Below the pieces are notes generated by a model, which searched no databases, was not told where the DNA came from, and saw only the letters and a program-made list of their open reading frames with translations. The position numbers and the translations under genes were made by a program. A stretch of 64,000 nucleotides of DNA from assembly GCA_905331295.1 (NCBI GenBank), contig CAJNYD010000014.1:1-64000 (forward strand), written 5' to 3'. Numbering within the stretch: position 1 is the stretch's first letter; every line of letters starts with the position of its first letter. Shown here in pieces: positions 50,552 through 64,000 of this stretch. This DNA is from Rotaria socialis. Its lineage: Eukaryota.

Positions 50552-50854
50552 CAGGGGCGGCGCAGCGTCATTAACCTAGGTGAGGCTCATAATGTTTTTT
50601 TTTCTACCGTGGAATTTTATGAAAGCATCAAGTAGAAAATAAATCTTTTTTTCTATTGAACTTCAGTAAAAATAAAAATGGTCAGTATAAGACAAATGAT
50701 TGGAAAATACCAAAAAGACTTTTCTTTGTTCCTGCTTTGATGCAAAAATAAAAACTAACAATATTCAGTACCAAAGCAAGCTAGGCTGAGCCTCATCTTG
50801 TGAAATCTAGGCGAGGCTCAAGTCTCATGGATCTCAATGGCGACGGAGCCACTG
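50552..50854. mobile_element. hAT-type MITE, 303 bp
   Basis: Imperfect TIRs caggggcggcgcagcgtcatt / aatggcgacggagccactg. TSD is aatctaac (50544-50551) vs agtctaac (50855-50862). Subterminal gaggctca/tgagcctc motifs. Confidence 0.75.
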
Positions 50855-51644
50855 AGTCTAACATGAACAAGTGTAAGAGCACGAAGAGTATGTGAGCGTT
50901 TATTTTATTAGAACTCAGCTAATATATATGACTTATTATTATTATTATTATTATTATTATTAGTGTATAGTTGTAGTTAATTAGTTTCATTGAAAACGTA
51001 TACATAATAAAAGATAAGATGTAATAGATATTTTTTGAATTTTAACATTATTGCAGTCGAATTAATATTCTCGTCATGAATATATCGACATACTTATATT
51101 TGAATGTACGTGAACGAATTTGTTTTTCTTTCTAAATATGTACATTCATTTAAAAACATCAATGCAAATTTTCTTGTGAATACTTGCATATTTCATAGAT
51201 TCTAATCTTTTCATTTACGCTATAGATTTATTGCACTCAATAATACAGTGAAAACATGATTTCTCAAGAGATTCATATTTGCACAGTCATTAAAAGTCAC
51301 TAATATATACTTATGCATAAGTTTTGTTTTCTTATGAAATCTGCTAGAAAATATAATGATCGATATTGTTTACCGGAAATGACATATATGTACATAACAG
51401 AAAAAGATTTATCATAATTATCCATCATTTTTCTTAACATTTCTTATTTTTCATCAATGAAAAATTATATTATGAACAGAACTAATTATTTCATATAAAT
51501 GACAAAATTCCTATGCATGTCATTCTTCATATATTATTCTACAAAAAAATCACATGCTTTATTTTTCTCATAATTAAATTTGCTTTTCATGAATATTTAT
51601 TTGAAAAATAAAAAGCAGTTACTTTTAGCAGAAAATATTAGGCT

Positions 51645-53160
51645 TTATGATGTTTTCATTTGATCAATAGTTAAAGTAATATTATCAAAATGACATTTAA
51701 TATAATCTTCAGGTGTTTCAACACCGAAATCGATTTGAATACGTCTCGTATGTGCTCGTAAAAGATGTCGAGGTCCACCGTATGGACCCATTGATTTCTC
51801 ATTGTATGGTTCTATAACTTTTTCAATTTCTAAAATATAGACGAAAATAAAAGTATGAATTTAAAAACTACAAGACTTCTTTCTGTTTTACTTCGATAAA
51901 TTATTGATTCGTGTAAAATATTATCAGAACGATACATATGAATTTGAAAATAAGATTTATCACAACTAGCAAAACTCATAAAAGAAATTGCAGCATTATG
52001 TGTATCAATCAGTATCGAATATGAAGATAGAAGGATATCTTGATAAACACGTGTTTTACCTAAAATAACAAATGAACAGTTGCCCCAATTAGTTGCGTTC
52101 ATTGTTTCATTTTCATTAGTTATATTTTCAAATTTTTCAGCCGACAACATGGTATTAGGATCAATTGTTATCCATGTTGTTTGTTCATTAAGAAAACACT
52201 ATTTAGAGAGAGAAAAAGAAAGACCCTCGAGTGAATGGCTCGATAATTGTTTACCTCCATTTCAGCATTTCCATTGACAATTAAATTTTCTCCCGGCGTT
52301 AATGATCCAAAAGACCCATTTGGAAATCGTGCATGAAAATAATGATTTTTAATAGTTGAAACTTGTTTTCCTTCTAACTGATCATTCGTTAATTTAGCTT
52401 GATATAAATCAGAATTTGAAAAATGATTTCCTTGAACAATATCAGCTTGAAGAAAATCTGTTTGAATAAGAGAAGCTCCATGAAAATTATTGTTGATAAC
52501 TATCGTTTGTATAAAATAGCTATGATCAAGTTTTGCGTCTATGAATGAGGCAGCGCGAAGCGTTGAATTAATAAATCGAGCATTCATGAGATATGTATAA
52601 TCGAAATTAGCTGATGTCAAGTGACAATTAATAAATTTAGCATTTGACCATAATACGCCCTTTATATTAAAACGATGAAAATTATGTGGACATGTTAATT
52701 CAACATTGTTTAAATCAGCTCCATATAGATTTAATTGATTATTTTGAATAAGATTTCTTTCATATAAAAATAAGAGAATGTCTTTTTTTCGTTTAACTTC
52801 TAAATCTCTTAATATCATCAATGTTTTTGATTGTATATGAAGAAGAAATTTTTCATCAGTATGATTATTTCCAGTTATTTGTAAAAATGTACTTGATATA
52901 TCTTGAATATATGTATCGAATAGTAATTGTTGTCGTTGATTAAACTCATCTTGTTGTTTACGTTTATATTCTTCGTTAAATAATGACTCCTTTTGTAAAG
53001 TATAGACTATTGAAAAGTTAATAAGTATTAGCAGAATCAATGCAGATATGATAACTTTACAGCAGCGCAAACGCATTCGTGGAGTATTCGATGTTGAATT
53101 GTTATCTAATGAAGTAATTGGAATAATTTGTGCTGGTGGTGACCAACGACGCATTAACAT
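51645..53160 (-). CDS. Membrane-anchored pentapeptide-repeat protein (3 exons)
   Basis: Exons 53160-52255, 52198-51877 and 51829-51645 are phase-consistent. N-terminal TM helix, a helical linker (LFDTYIQDIS...IQSKTLMILRDLEVKRKKDILLFLYERNLI), A-x-F/L-x-x repeats (ANFDY, ARFIN, ASFID, AKLDH, ASLIQ, SDLYQ, AKLTN), then an NLIVNGNAE domain. Confidence 0.88.
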
Positions 53161-53561
53161 ACAAGTTTTCCTTGCTCAATGAATGATAATCAAATGAGCC
53201 AAACTGTTGGTAATACCTGATTCATATATATATATACGTTTATGCGGTGATATTAGTAACAAGTTCAAATATTCTCTCCTATGATTTATGAGCACGTATT
53301 TAATTGGCATGGTCTTAACACGTCAGATTTTTTCCCTGCTGGTATATTTATTGGTATCTGCTCTTTTTCTCACAATTAATACAATAAACACAAGATAAAA
53401 AGAGATTTTCATACTGTTGTTCAAAGCAAAGAAGAAAAACAAGAAAACAAATTATAATGATTATATATAAATCTAGTAAAAGTGAAAATAAAACAAAAGC
53501 TTGCATACGATACCACAAACTGAGTGCAATATTTTAGTTTTGGTACTGAGTAGTTCATGTA

Positions 53562-53774
53562 AATATTTTATTAGGAAAAAAGATTCTTGTAATATTTAAT
53601 TAGGAAAAACGATTCTTGCAATATTTAATTAGGAAAAAAGATTCTTGTAATTTTTAATTAGGAAAAAAGATTCTTGTAATATTTAATTAGGAAAAAAAAT
53701 TCTTGTAATTTTTAATTAGGAGAAAAGATTCTTGTAATATTTAATTAGGAAAAAAGATTCTTGTAATTTTTAAT
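53562..53774. repeat. Minisatellite, ~7.3 copies of a 29-bp unit
   Basis: Unit aat(a/t)tttaattaggaaaaaagattcttgt, head to tail with no spacers. Confidence 0.95.
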
Positions 53775-54449
53775 ATGAGCATACTCTTTTATTTTCTTAA
53801 ACTTTATGTTGATAAAAGAAAACTATGTCATGTTTCTAAAAATATCTCTTCCCAAGTTCTACGAAAAGCAAATGATTTCATATCAAGTGAAGTAGGCTAT
53901 TTTCTTTTGTAGTTTATAATTATTCTTTGATACTGAAAAATAATATAAATATAGAATTCATCTATTTTCATTTCATTGTTAAAAATGAATTAGAAAATAA
54001 GATAGAAAGAAAAGTGTTTTTGTTTGCTGGTACTTAAAAATGGTTTTAAGTTATGCCATTTGTTTTTGAGTAAAACATGAGGGAGATTTTCTTAATTATT
54101 TATTAATATTAAACTAAGTGAAAGAACAGGTTTAACTCAAGCAATCTATGATTTCAACGATTTTATTAATATAAGAACGAGAATATATGAATTTTTTCGC
54201 ACTAACTTTGTCGCAGTGCATTTGCTGCAATTTTCATTAGTCAGTACGGCAAAATTCATAGTATTTCAAGGAAGCCATATTAGTTGTATCAAAATTTTCA
54301 AAACTCTAATATAATTCTACGTGAAGAACAAAAAGAAATAAGCGTCTGCAAAACAAAAAGAACAGAAAAAAACAGTAGTTTCATTGATGTGTAAGCCATA
54401 ACATTTATCACTCTGTTTATTAGAAGGAATAATAAGATTGAATTGTTAA

Positions 54450-57400
54450 TTAACAATGTTCAGAAAAATAGTTCTCATCTTCACTCATATTCGGTGGAAA
54501 TGTTCTTGTTTCATGAATAAGTCCGGATGGTGGCGACATATTATCTTCTTTTTTATTTTCATCTACTTTATCATCAACTGTTGACATGGCCGTTGTTATT
54601 CCATTTCTTTCACCACTCATATCACCTGATTGATTATCAACCTTGCCTTCAATATGTGATGGAGGATTAGTTAATGATTGTCTATTATTTGTTCTATTTG
54701 GTAGAACAATAACATCATTATCTGAACTAATGTTTGACATTTGTTGCTCATTAAAACGGTGATGTTGTGTAAGTCGTTGTTGTTGAGCATAACGTGTTCG
54801 ATCATCATCAACATCTTCATCATATTCACCATCTTCAGCAATTGGAGTTTGTTGTCGATGTGTCTCCATATTGTTTCCACTATATGGCTGAAATATAGTT
54901 GGATTACGTAAATCCATTCGTCGATTATATCGACTTGCCGATGAATGCACTGTATCATCTTGACCATATTCTTGTAATTCGTAAACGCTATGTAACGTCG
55001 ATTGATTATCATATGGACCAAAACGAACTGAACGTATACCAGATACCGATGATGCACCATCATTAAACGCATTTCCACCTTCTGGTCGTGTACCGTCTGG
55101 TCGAATATTTTTTTTAGCTGGTGCCGAACGTTGTCGGCGAAATTTTTTACTTATTGATGTTGGAACAACTTCAACTTGAATAATAGTGCGTGGCAATGCA
55201 ATCTTCTTTGTTTCAGGTAATAGAAGTGCCATTGCACCAAGAATCAAAGATAATATACCGTAGATAAGACGAGACATTGTATTATTCAATCCAGCCTTAA
55301 ATAACATGAACAAAAATACGTTATTAATAATAGAGATCTTTCTTGCCATCAATTACGTACTACGTGTTCTGAAGCTAATGCAATGCCAATTAATCGAAAA
55401 GCATAACAGATACCAAGTGTTGTACATCTATAAATAAAAGTTATTAAATTGTGTAGAATAATATTTTCGCTCATTTACCTTAAACCAGTTGGAAATATTT
55501 CACATGTATAAAGTAGAATAACAATAAAGCCTCCGCGTGAGGCGAATTTACCGACAAAATAAACAATTAACATTGGATTACGTAACTCTGTGTTATCTAC
55601 ACAATATCGTTTTGAATGAAAAATAATTCAAATGGCCGAGTTAAATTAAATTACCTGATTGAGCAGCCACTGAACCAAGTAAACAAACTTCAGCAATAAG
55701 AAAGAAACAAAATGTTGGCCAACGACGGCCCCATCTAAATGAAACGAAAGAACGAATTTAAATAAACAATAACGATCATATTTTATTTTTCATACTTATA
55801 AACCATTGGAAATGCAACAATGAATGAAGCAACTTGTATAAGATGTGTAAAGAAGTAATTGAGGAAAAAATGGTCTGTTAAATGTTTAACCAACTGCGGC
55901 GACTCAAGACTATATTCTGTTAATGAACTAACAAGCCTAGAAAAAATCGAAGAATTAATTAGAAATTCTTTTTTTCCGAAAAAAGATAATTATATACATA
56001 CCAAAGACCACACATAACGAGTAGATAAATAGTTAATATTGATGAATGAAGATAATCAGTTGGATAAAATGTTGATAATGTTGGATAATAGTGATGGCCA
56101 GTTAGTACTTGTAAAATACGTTGTGATAAACTATTTTTCTTATTTGTTGTTGCTTGTAAATCAACCATATCAAAATCAGGATATTTTGAACCCAACAATT
56201 GGATATCCTCTACAAGGGAAAAACACGGTATTGTTGACAAATAAAAATTAGGAGAAAAACAGCACAAACCAAGTCGGAGTAATGGTTGAAAATCACATTG
56301 AATTCCTTTTGAACGTTTACCGCGAAGAAAATCACGTGCTCCACCAAATAAATCTTCAAAAACTACACCATTAAACCGGGCAACTTTGGTTAATGATAAT
56401 ACTGCTGTAACATAATCTTTTTGGGTTGTATACCAAAACATAGATTCTTCCGTAAACCTGATAAAATGTTTATGTTAAAATCAAAAAAGAAGCTGAAGCT
56501 ATATTTTAATTCTTAGCAATGAGCTTTTTTATATGCGGAAGGCTATATTAGAAACACTTCAAAAAGGCAAGAGATAGTACGAAAAACTGATTACCTAGAA
56601 TGAATCACAGAAACTAGTAGAATAGCTGCAACAATATTCTTTCAGCTAGGAAACACATTTATCATATTCATATGAGCATACTTGAGTTTAAAATCTCTAG
56701 AAATATATTGAGCGATTCTACGAAAGTTTCCAAACTGTAACATACAAAAAATTCATGTGGAATTACGTCTTTTAAAATATTGATATCCCAAAAGTAATGA
56801 CAGTAGTAGAAAGAAAATTAATATAGTTTGTCGCAAACTATTCGGTAAATTTTGTATAGGAATGTTCACAACTCATAGTAACAGAAACAAAATGGGTATT
56901 AATGTTTAGTGTTACATTCAAAAACCAGAAAATATATTAATCGAAAGTAAGATTTTCTTTTTTGGAATTTTCAAGCTGCATATGAAAATTTTTTTACAGA
57001 GCAATGATCATCAACATAAAATAAAAATGATCTTTTTTTATTAGGACACAGAGACAAAACTTCTTCGCTGTCAAAATAATTGAGAATTTTCAAAACCTTC
57101 ATTTGTGAAAATGATGAACTGCATGAAAATCATGCCATGCAGCTGAATACAATTGCACCGAAATCATGCTAATAAAAGCGTTAAAGTTTCGCGAGAGCAG
57201 CGGTATGAAAAATTATAGGCTAGCAATGGCAGAGTTATTTTATTTTTGCCTTAATCACCTGCGAACCCACTGGTACTAGCTTACTGGTATTTCATGTAAA
57301 ATTTAGATTCATGACGCTTCGAGGAACGCGATAAATTCTTCGGGCGCTCATTTTAAGCTAAACCCAGATTGAAGCGACAACTATTCAAAGTAGTATATCC

Positions 57401-60400
57401 AATACTATTTTTGGTGCGAAAATCAGCATACACGATTCTTCTGTTCCTTACATATAAACTTCCGGAATAATCACTTCTCAGCATGTGGTTCTAAAAGAAA
57501 TAGTGTTTCATTATAGATTTCCGTTAAAGTCATCGACGAAAAAGTATGCTTACTACAAAAAAGAATAGAAGATGATTCCATTCAAACTCATGGATAAATA
57601 GAATGACTCAAGAATTAACTGAAGAAATCAACCTGATACAATGACTTTGATTTTATCTGCAAAAGAAACAAAGTCACTGTATCAGAAGTGATGATACTAA
57701 TCGAATTTTCCCATAGAAACTCTGAAATTAATCATTTAAATGTAACTCTTTTTTTTCATTTTCTTTTGTTGTATGGGTAGACATCCGTTTATGCTTCATC
57801 TATAAGATCTTCTAGTTTTTCTATTCCATTGGTAAAACATAGATGATATAAAATATTTTCAATTAACAATAATAGAGGATAAAATCAATTGATTTTATTT
57901 AGTTGAAACTCAAACTGATTTAATATATTGAAAACTTCATATAAATTTTCATTTTCGAATTCGATGGATTATATTCAAAATTTATACTTTCAGTACAGAA
58001 AAAGAAATTAATCAATTCATTCAAGCATTATATGTCATTGCTTAGAGAGAGTGTACATGTCACATCATATTATTTTTGTTTGAATAGGATATCAATAGAT
58101 GCTATTGTCATGATAGTATCGTTGTCCACTATAGATATATTACTATTGACTCTGCGTATCATGTGAAAATTTCTATTACGAGATGAAATACAAAACAAAA
58201 TGACTTTATTTCTTCAATACAAACTAACCAATAAAGAACGGCAGTAATGACCAATGGTATTGAAACAACCCCTTGCAAAATTTTCCAATTGCTTATAGCA
58301 AAGGCTAGACAGGGAATAATTAAATCAAATATGAATACTGCACCAGTTAATGATAGAGCATAAATTGCTCGAGATTCAGTTGGAAACTAAAAGTTAAAAA
58401 GAATTACTAGAAACAATCGATGATAAAAATAGCTATAGTTTATTTACCATTTCAATAACAAAAGGTACGGTAATTACTTGTACAGCACCAATAGCCATGC
58501 CAACGAAAAGAATAAAGAAAACATAAGAAATATAATCTTCACTAAGAAGTTGAAATATTGATAGAGCACATGCTGTCCACATTGAGCCTTTGAATAAAAC
58601 GACGAGAGTAAAAATAAAAATAAATGAATATTTTTTTTATCTATTTTTACCAATTAAAATCATTTTTCTTCCACTATGATCAGCAATATAGCCAAATATA
58701 AGACCTCCAAGAGTCAAACCAATCAGATAGACAATATGTGGTATTTTCATACGCATTGGACTACAGAAGATATTGAACTGCAAAGATTCAATAGAAAGAT
58801 TTAGTAAAAAGAAAAACAAAATGAACTCCTCATATCTGAGAGTTTAATTTATTTCTAGCAATGAGTTTATTTTGTACTAACATAACCAAAACATTAACTA
58901 TATTCGAATCAAAATTTTGAATATTAAATGTTTATATCGTAAAAAAGAAATCGAGACTCTCATAATGTATTGTTTGTCGTCACAGTTCGAATTATATAAG
59001 AAAAAAGTATGTTTTGAAAATTTCCAAAAGAGTTTTATGTACATTAAAATATTTAATACGATGCGAAGCAGAAGTATTTATGTAGTCCTGCGCGAGTTTT
59101 CTTTCTTTGTTCCTTTTTTTAAACTCGACGTCCAGATCATATATTGCTAATTTGTGACGCAATGATCTAGACAACCGAACATCAGAAAAAAAACTGGTTA
59201 AAACGTGAAGTGAAAGAATCGAGATAATAGATGTACTATTTTTTTCAAAGAACTTTATAGCTACTTCCGTTGACTCGTAAATTGATGCTCGAAAAGAGGA
59301 TTTTGATCAAATTTTATTTTGAGATAATTAAAACGAAAATGAAAACGCTAAAAGTTAAGTGCTTTTATATCAACATTTATAAATGGATCCTATTCTAACA
59401 CATCAAACATATAAATAATAAAGTAGAGTCCTCTATAGCAGATAATATGTACTTGTTTTCAAGATCGATCTCTAAGCTTTCAAAGAGTCTCTATCGATAT
59501 CTCACTTGAAATGGCTTCTCTGATTCATTTACACTGCAGCATCACTTAATTCTTATTAATCATTATATTGACTTTATCTTTAAAAAAAAATATTATCATA
59601 CATTATCTTTCTCAATTGCTAGCTCTTTTTTCTTAATTCTAGATCCTATTCGTCACGCTCACAACTAAAAAAAAAAAAAGAAATTCAAATATTATTTTTT
59701 TTAAAGTCACTAAACTTTCGACTTTTTTTCTTTCTCGACGTCCATATCAACTATTATCAAATTGTGACGCGATGATCTCAAAAACGGAACATCAGAAAAC
59801 ACTCCTTTAAATGCGAAATAAAAGACTCGACTTCAAATATATACTATTTTTTCCCTAAAATTCTCTACGTGCTACCGTTCGCTCCCAAATTTAGTTCCAA
59901 AAACACGATTTTGATCAAATCTATCTTTGAGATAATTAAAACGAAAATCCAAACCATATTATCAACAGCTATAAATAATTTTTTTCTAACTTGAGTGCGC
60001 ATAAAAAATTCTCGTTAAGTAACGCGATGATCTCGAGAACCATAAATGATAGAGAACTCATTGAAACTGGAGATGAAAGTATCAAGATCGAACTTGAGAA
60101 ATCTTTTTTTCTAATTTTTAATCGGACGTTTCGATCGCCTAAAACTATCGTTCGAAAATGACGATTTTGAAAGGTTTTTATCGTTTCAGGCTTTTAAGAT
60201 AATTAAATAAATGACGTCATGAACATATGTTATCCACTCTGGTCTTTTCATTTACAGCTGATCTAAGATAATGAATCATGAAGATAATGAATCGATCAAT
60301 CGAAATCGATGTTTAAGAATGTATCGCTATGTAAGAATGGAGTTTTCTCAGTGATGAATTTTATTATGTCGACATAAAAAGTATTCAAGATTTCTCTGAA

Positions 60401-61934
60401 TTGTTGAAGATCCGATTCGAGCTTCGCATCGCATTTCGTATTCGAGTGAAACTTGAATACCATCTAGTTTGAATTACATTTTCCGTTCTATTGAAAATTG
60501 ATGATAATCATCGTCTATTACTTTTCAATCTCGCGAGAATATTCTTTATTATAATTATATATATTGGCTGCCCTCTATTTAAAAACGATAAGAAAATGGA
60601 AGATAGTTTTTCTGAAATTTTTGACTTGTAAACACATAGTCCATAAATTGTCAGCGTCAAAGAATTAGAATACTTCGATTATCATTACATGTTAAAAGCA
60701 ACTGATATTTTAAATTGCACAGCTGTCAGTGAGCTAGGTAAGTTAGCCTGCATATGGCTTCTCGTTTCTTATTGTGTACTCAAAAAAAAAGTGAGTACAC
60801 TATAGAATCGGTCAGTATGTCCGGCCGTTTACACGATAACTCCTGAAAGGCTGACCCGATTATCATGAAATTTTGTACATAGCATTATCTCATCAATATC
60901 TCAGTCGAGTTCGAAGATGAAAGCAATCTATCAAGAAATGGCTGAGTTATCGAAAAAATTGTCATTATTGACCAGACCATCCCTGAGGGAGGGTACAGAG
61001 ATTTTTTGAAAAAAAAAAGGTTTTTTCTCAGAATTATTCACAACAATATCTAAATCGACTCAGTTTTTAACGCCGATTCCGAATCTGATACTAGTTTTGA
61101 ACTAAATCGTAGCTTTCTAACGAAACATCGCCTGAAAACGGTCCCAAAATGCACAAAAACTGCATCCAGAAACCAAAGTGCCTAGTTTCTCATGATAATT
61201 TTGTTGTTCAGACATTCTAGAATGACTCATATGTCCCATGTACTTTTTGCAGTACGCATAACTCTCGGATGAAACCTGAAGTTTCCACATTTTTTAGTCT
61301 ATAATAGGCTTCATTATAAGATTTCTTTCTTTTTTGTTTTTGTTAAACAAACGTATCTTTTACTTACATCAGTTAATATACTTCGCCCATATTCTAGGCT
61401 ATGATTATATGTTGGGTCTATTTTATAGATTAATTTGTCATGGCTTGTTTCACTAATAATATTCGATGAGTTCAATCGTATTGCTTTTTTGTTTAGAGCT
61501 TCGGGCTGTTGAAATTTTGTATCAAATGATGTAGTATTGTTTGGATTTGAATTATTTAAATAAAGTGGTACACAATCATAAAATTTAGGCTTTAATACTA
61601 GATAGATATTCGATAGAGAAGTTGCTAGAAAAGCAAAATAACTGGTTCTTACACGCAAATTCAGGCATTTCTGTAAGCCATGCTACAACGATGGCATAAC
61701 CCAACGCCAAAATTATATAAGCACGTAACTGATGTTTGCCACATTTTCCTGTATATGTACTTTTCAGAGCCTTATCATAGTCCCAACTTTTTTTAAATGT
61801 TTTAACACTGCGTAATGCTCGAGCCATAGCCAATGATATCGGACTAATTGTTGAAATTGTTGGCTCTGAAGAATAAAAACAAAAATTAAATCATTGATTG
61901 AATTTAAGAAACTGTACATAGACACACCAGTCAT
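54450..61934 (-). CDS. SLC22-like (MFS organic cation/anion) transporter with a long polar C-terminal tail, multi-exon
   Basis: GKCGKHQ...; SILTD|FNIFC; IGLTLGGLIFGYIADHSGRKMI; IEM|FPTESRA; ISNWKILQ; WGRRW; YTCEIFPTGLR; LLLPETK. GT-AG introns are phase-consistent. The first mini-exon ATGACTG at 61934-61928 is tentative. Confidence 0.9.
59113..59990. repeat. Diverged direct repeat pair (~270 bp) in an SLC22 intron, likely transposon-derived
   Basis: ~59113-59395 and ~59722-59990 share ctcgacgtcca, ttgtgacgc.atgatct, gaacatcagaaaa, gattttgatcaaat and ttgagataattaaaacgaaaat in the same order. A partial third echo lies near 60021. Confidence 0.8.
60768..61298 (+). mobile_element. DINE-1/HINE-like (Helentron-associated) non-autonomous element
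   Basis: 5' short inverted pair gtgtactc (60774-60781) / gagtacac (60793-60800), a gtcagtatgtccggccgt tract, a 3' partial subterminal repeat agtacgcataa, a gaaac-ctgaa-gtttc hairpin and a T-rich end. Confidence 0.6.
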
Positions 61935-64000
61935 ACTCTAACAAGTCGTATCATTATTAGTTAGAACTTCCAAAAGACCTCTCGGCGTTCTTTATCATAG
62001 TTATCGTTAAAACACGAAACTGTTCTACAGAGCTACTGATGAATATTATAAGCGCGACATATATTGCATGTCGAAGAAACTAGATCTTGTAATCAAACAA
62101 GAGTCAGATCATTTCTGTTGTGAAATTATGACAACTAGATTTATGACTTGTGTCACATTCAACTTTGTCTTTCTACTATACAAATGTTGTTATTAGCTGG
62201 TTACTTTGTTGAACAAAAACAAAAACCAATAAAAACTCCACATACATATGCATACATAAATCGTTCTTTATCGTGCAAAATGCGTTTAAAATATAAAAAA
62301 GATTATTTAGTTGCACTACACTACTCCAACATGCACAGCACACAATTATCTTACTAACCATAGTCCAAATCTGATTCAGCAAAACTGGATGTTCGTTGTG
62401 TATAATATTGCTGATGATAATGATCATCAGGTATAGAAAATGTCACAGAACTTTTTCGACGGCGAGGTTCGACAATCATTACGATTTTTCAATTAATATG
62501 TAGTTATTTTAATCTGTTTATGAATGAATATGGTCGAAAAAGAAATGGAAGGAGGAAAAAACGAATAGAGACAGTAAATAATAAGATATTTATTCTACCA
62601 CTATAATCTTCGTACTTAATAATATATCATCGTTATTGTTTTTGTTTATTTTTCGTTCGGGTCTCTCGACTTTTTCTTATTAATCGATTTAGAGACTTGT
62701 ACGTTTGCAATATTCTAATTGTTTTGATATTTTCTATTAAAGAGCGTAGAAACAGGTAACAATATGTAAGAATCGACCATTGCTGAATAGAATGTTCGCC
62801 ACTCGATATAGGTTCCGCAAAAAGAAGGCGACGGGTAACTACAACTATGGATAATTACCTCGAAGAAACATGAAGATCTATCGTTCTCCTGTTATTCTGC
62901 AGTTTTTTTTCTTTCTTTTTCTTTTCCTCTGTCTCAATTCTCGTTTTTCTTCTCTCTCCTAGCATTTTCTACGTTACATATCCTTTCGGAGAGGAAAAAG
63001 TCTCATGTAAATTGATTAGATGAGATGAATTTCTGAATAACAATGTTACTCTACTGAGTGAATAAAAATAAATTACTGAAAGACATCGGTGTTCGCATCA
63101 TGATAAGGAATTCTAGAAGGAAAAAAACTGCAGCTAAAGTATCGCTTGATTGGCAAGTACCTCTTAACGGAACGATGAAAACAAACAGCTGCGTATTGAA
63201 AATAACTATAGTGATGGCTACCAATTGGCAGAAACTTCAACAGATTGAAGTGTCTTTTATGTAGATCACATCTATTTGTTGACAATCAGATCCAAATTTT
63301 TGTTTTTTTTTATTCTACTGCTAAATAATAGATATTCTCCTTTGTGAGAAATACACAATGAAAGCAATAGAAGAAGTATTTAAGAAAAATAAGAATCGTC
63401 ACAAAAAAATATAGAAAAACTCATGAAAACACTATTACTATTCTGCTCGATTATCATTGTAATCGCAATAAATATCAACAATCCAAATAATATGACTTGA
63501 TGTGACGCTGTGGAGATATCTATTGCTTAACATTATTACTCCGCACGAGGAGAGAAATTCTGTATCCCATCAGTCTTTTGTATGAATGGCCGCTGGCAGA
63601 TCTAATAATATAGATATATGATTTTCTCCTTTGACGCATATTGTATATACGTATATCTATCTATACATGCATCTGTGTAGGGATTCTTATTTACTAATAC
63701 ATGGATTTTTAGAAAATAATTAATCTCGCTAAAATGCTGACTATAATTTTTCGAACTGTCTATGAAATATGTTTTTGAAAACAATTTCAAAAAAGAACAC
63801 AATCTTTTAGTATGCTAATCATTCATGTTAATTATGCAAAGACTTTGTATTTCTATTTAGTCAACTACATTGAGTGGTGCATTGTATGCCTTTTCTTTAT
63901 ACGATTCACTGCTACGACAAATCAATATATTATTTTTATGTTGTTGCTTTTCTATTGATGAATTATTTTGCGAGTACAAGTTTTTTCTTCTTGCTCTTTC

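Noticed and set aside
53562..53774. CRISPR-like array (29-bp repeats)
   Set aside because: Units are contiguous with no spacers, there are no cas genes, and the context is eukaryotic.
62148..63802. Several 66-83 aa ORFs near the window end
   Set aside because: Expected by chance; no domain and no consistent exon chain.

Overview
AT-rich eukaryotic (metazoan) genomic DNA with many ~45-65 nt GT-AG introns. The intron size and gene families suggest a bdelloid rotifer, but this is inference only. I rebuilt about 17 genes by hand across introns; the ORF track misses or fragments many of them. They are: a Ser-rich orphan, a secreted double-discoidin protein, a Tyr/Asn/Gly-rich GPI-type protein, two small Cys-rich proteins, CLPB/Skd3, WDR59 (with an antisense intronic tRNA-Gly and a Q30 tract), an MS4A-like protein, AKTIP, RFK, a small single-pass membrane protein, a chromoshadow-only protein, RNASEH2C, RPL15, a ZnT/SLC30 transporter with a degenerate metal site, a pentapeptide-repeat protein of possible bacterial origin, and an SLC22-like transporter. 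Mobile and repetitive DNA includes three hAT-type elements with 8-bp TSDs, several fold-back elements, a DINE/HINE-like element and two minisatellites. The strongest signals are three operon-like same-strand gene clusters with 46-115 nt gaps and a splice-acceptor AG before each downstream ATG, and an apparent non-canonical GA-AG intron in the CLPB pore loop. No CRISPR array or rRNA was seen. All family assignments come from motifs recognised by eye; no database search was run.
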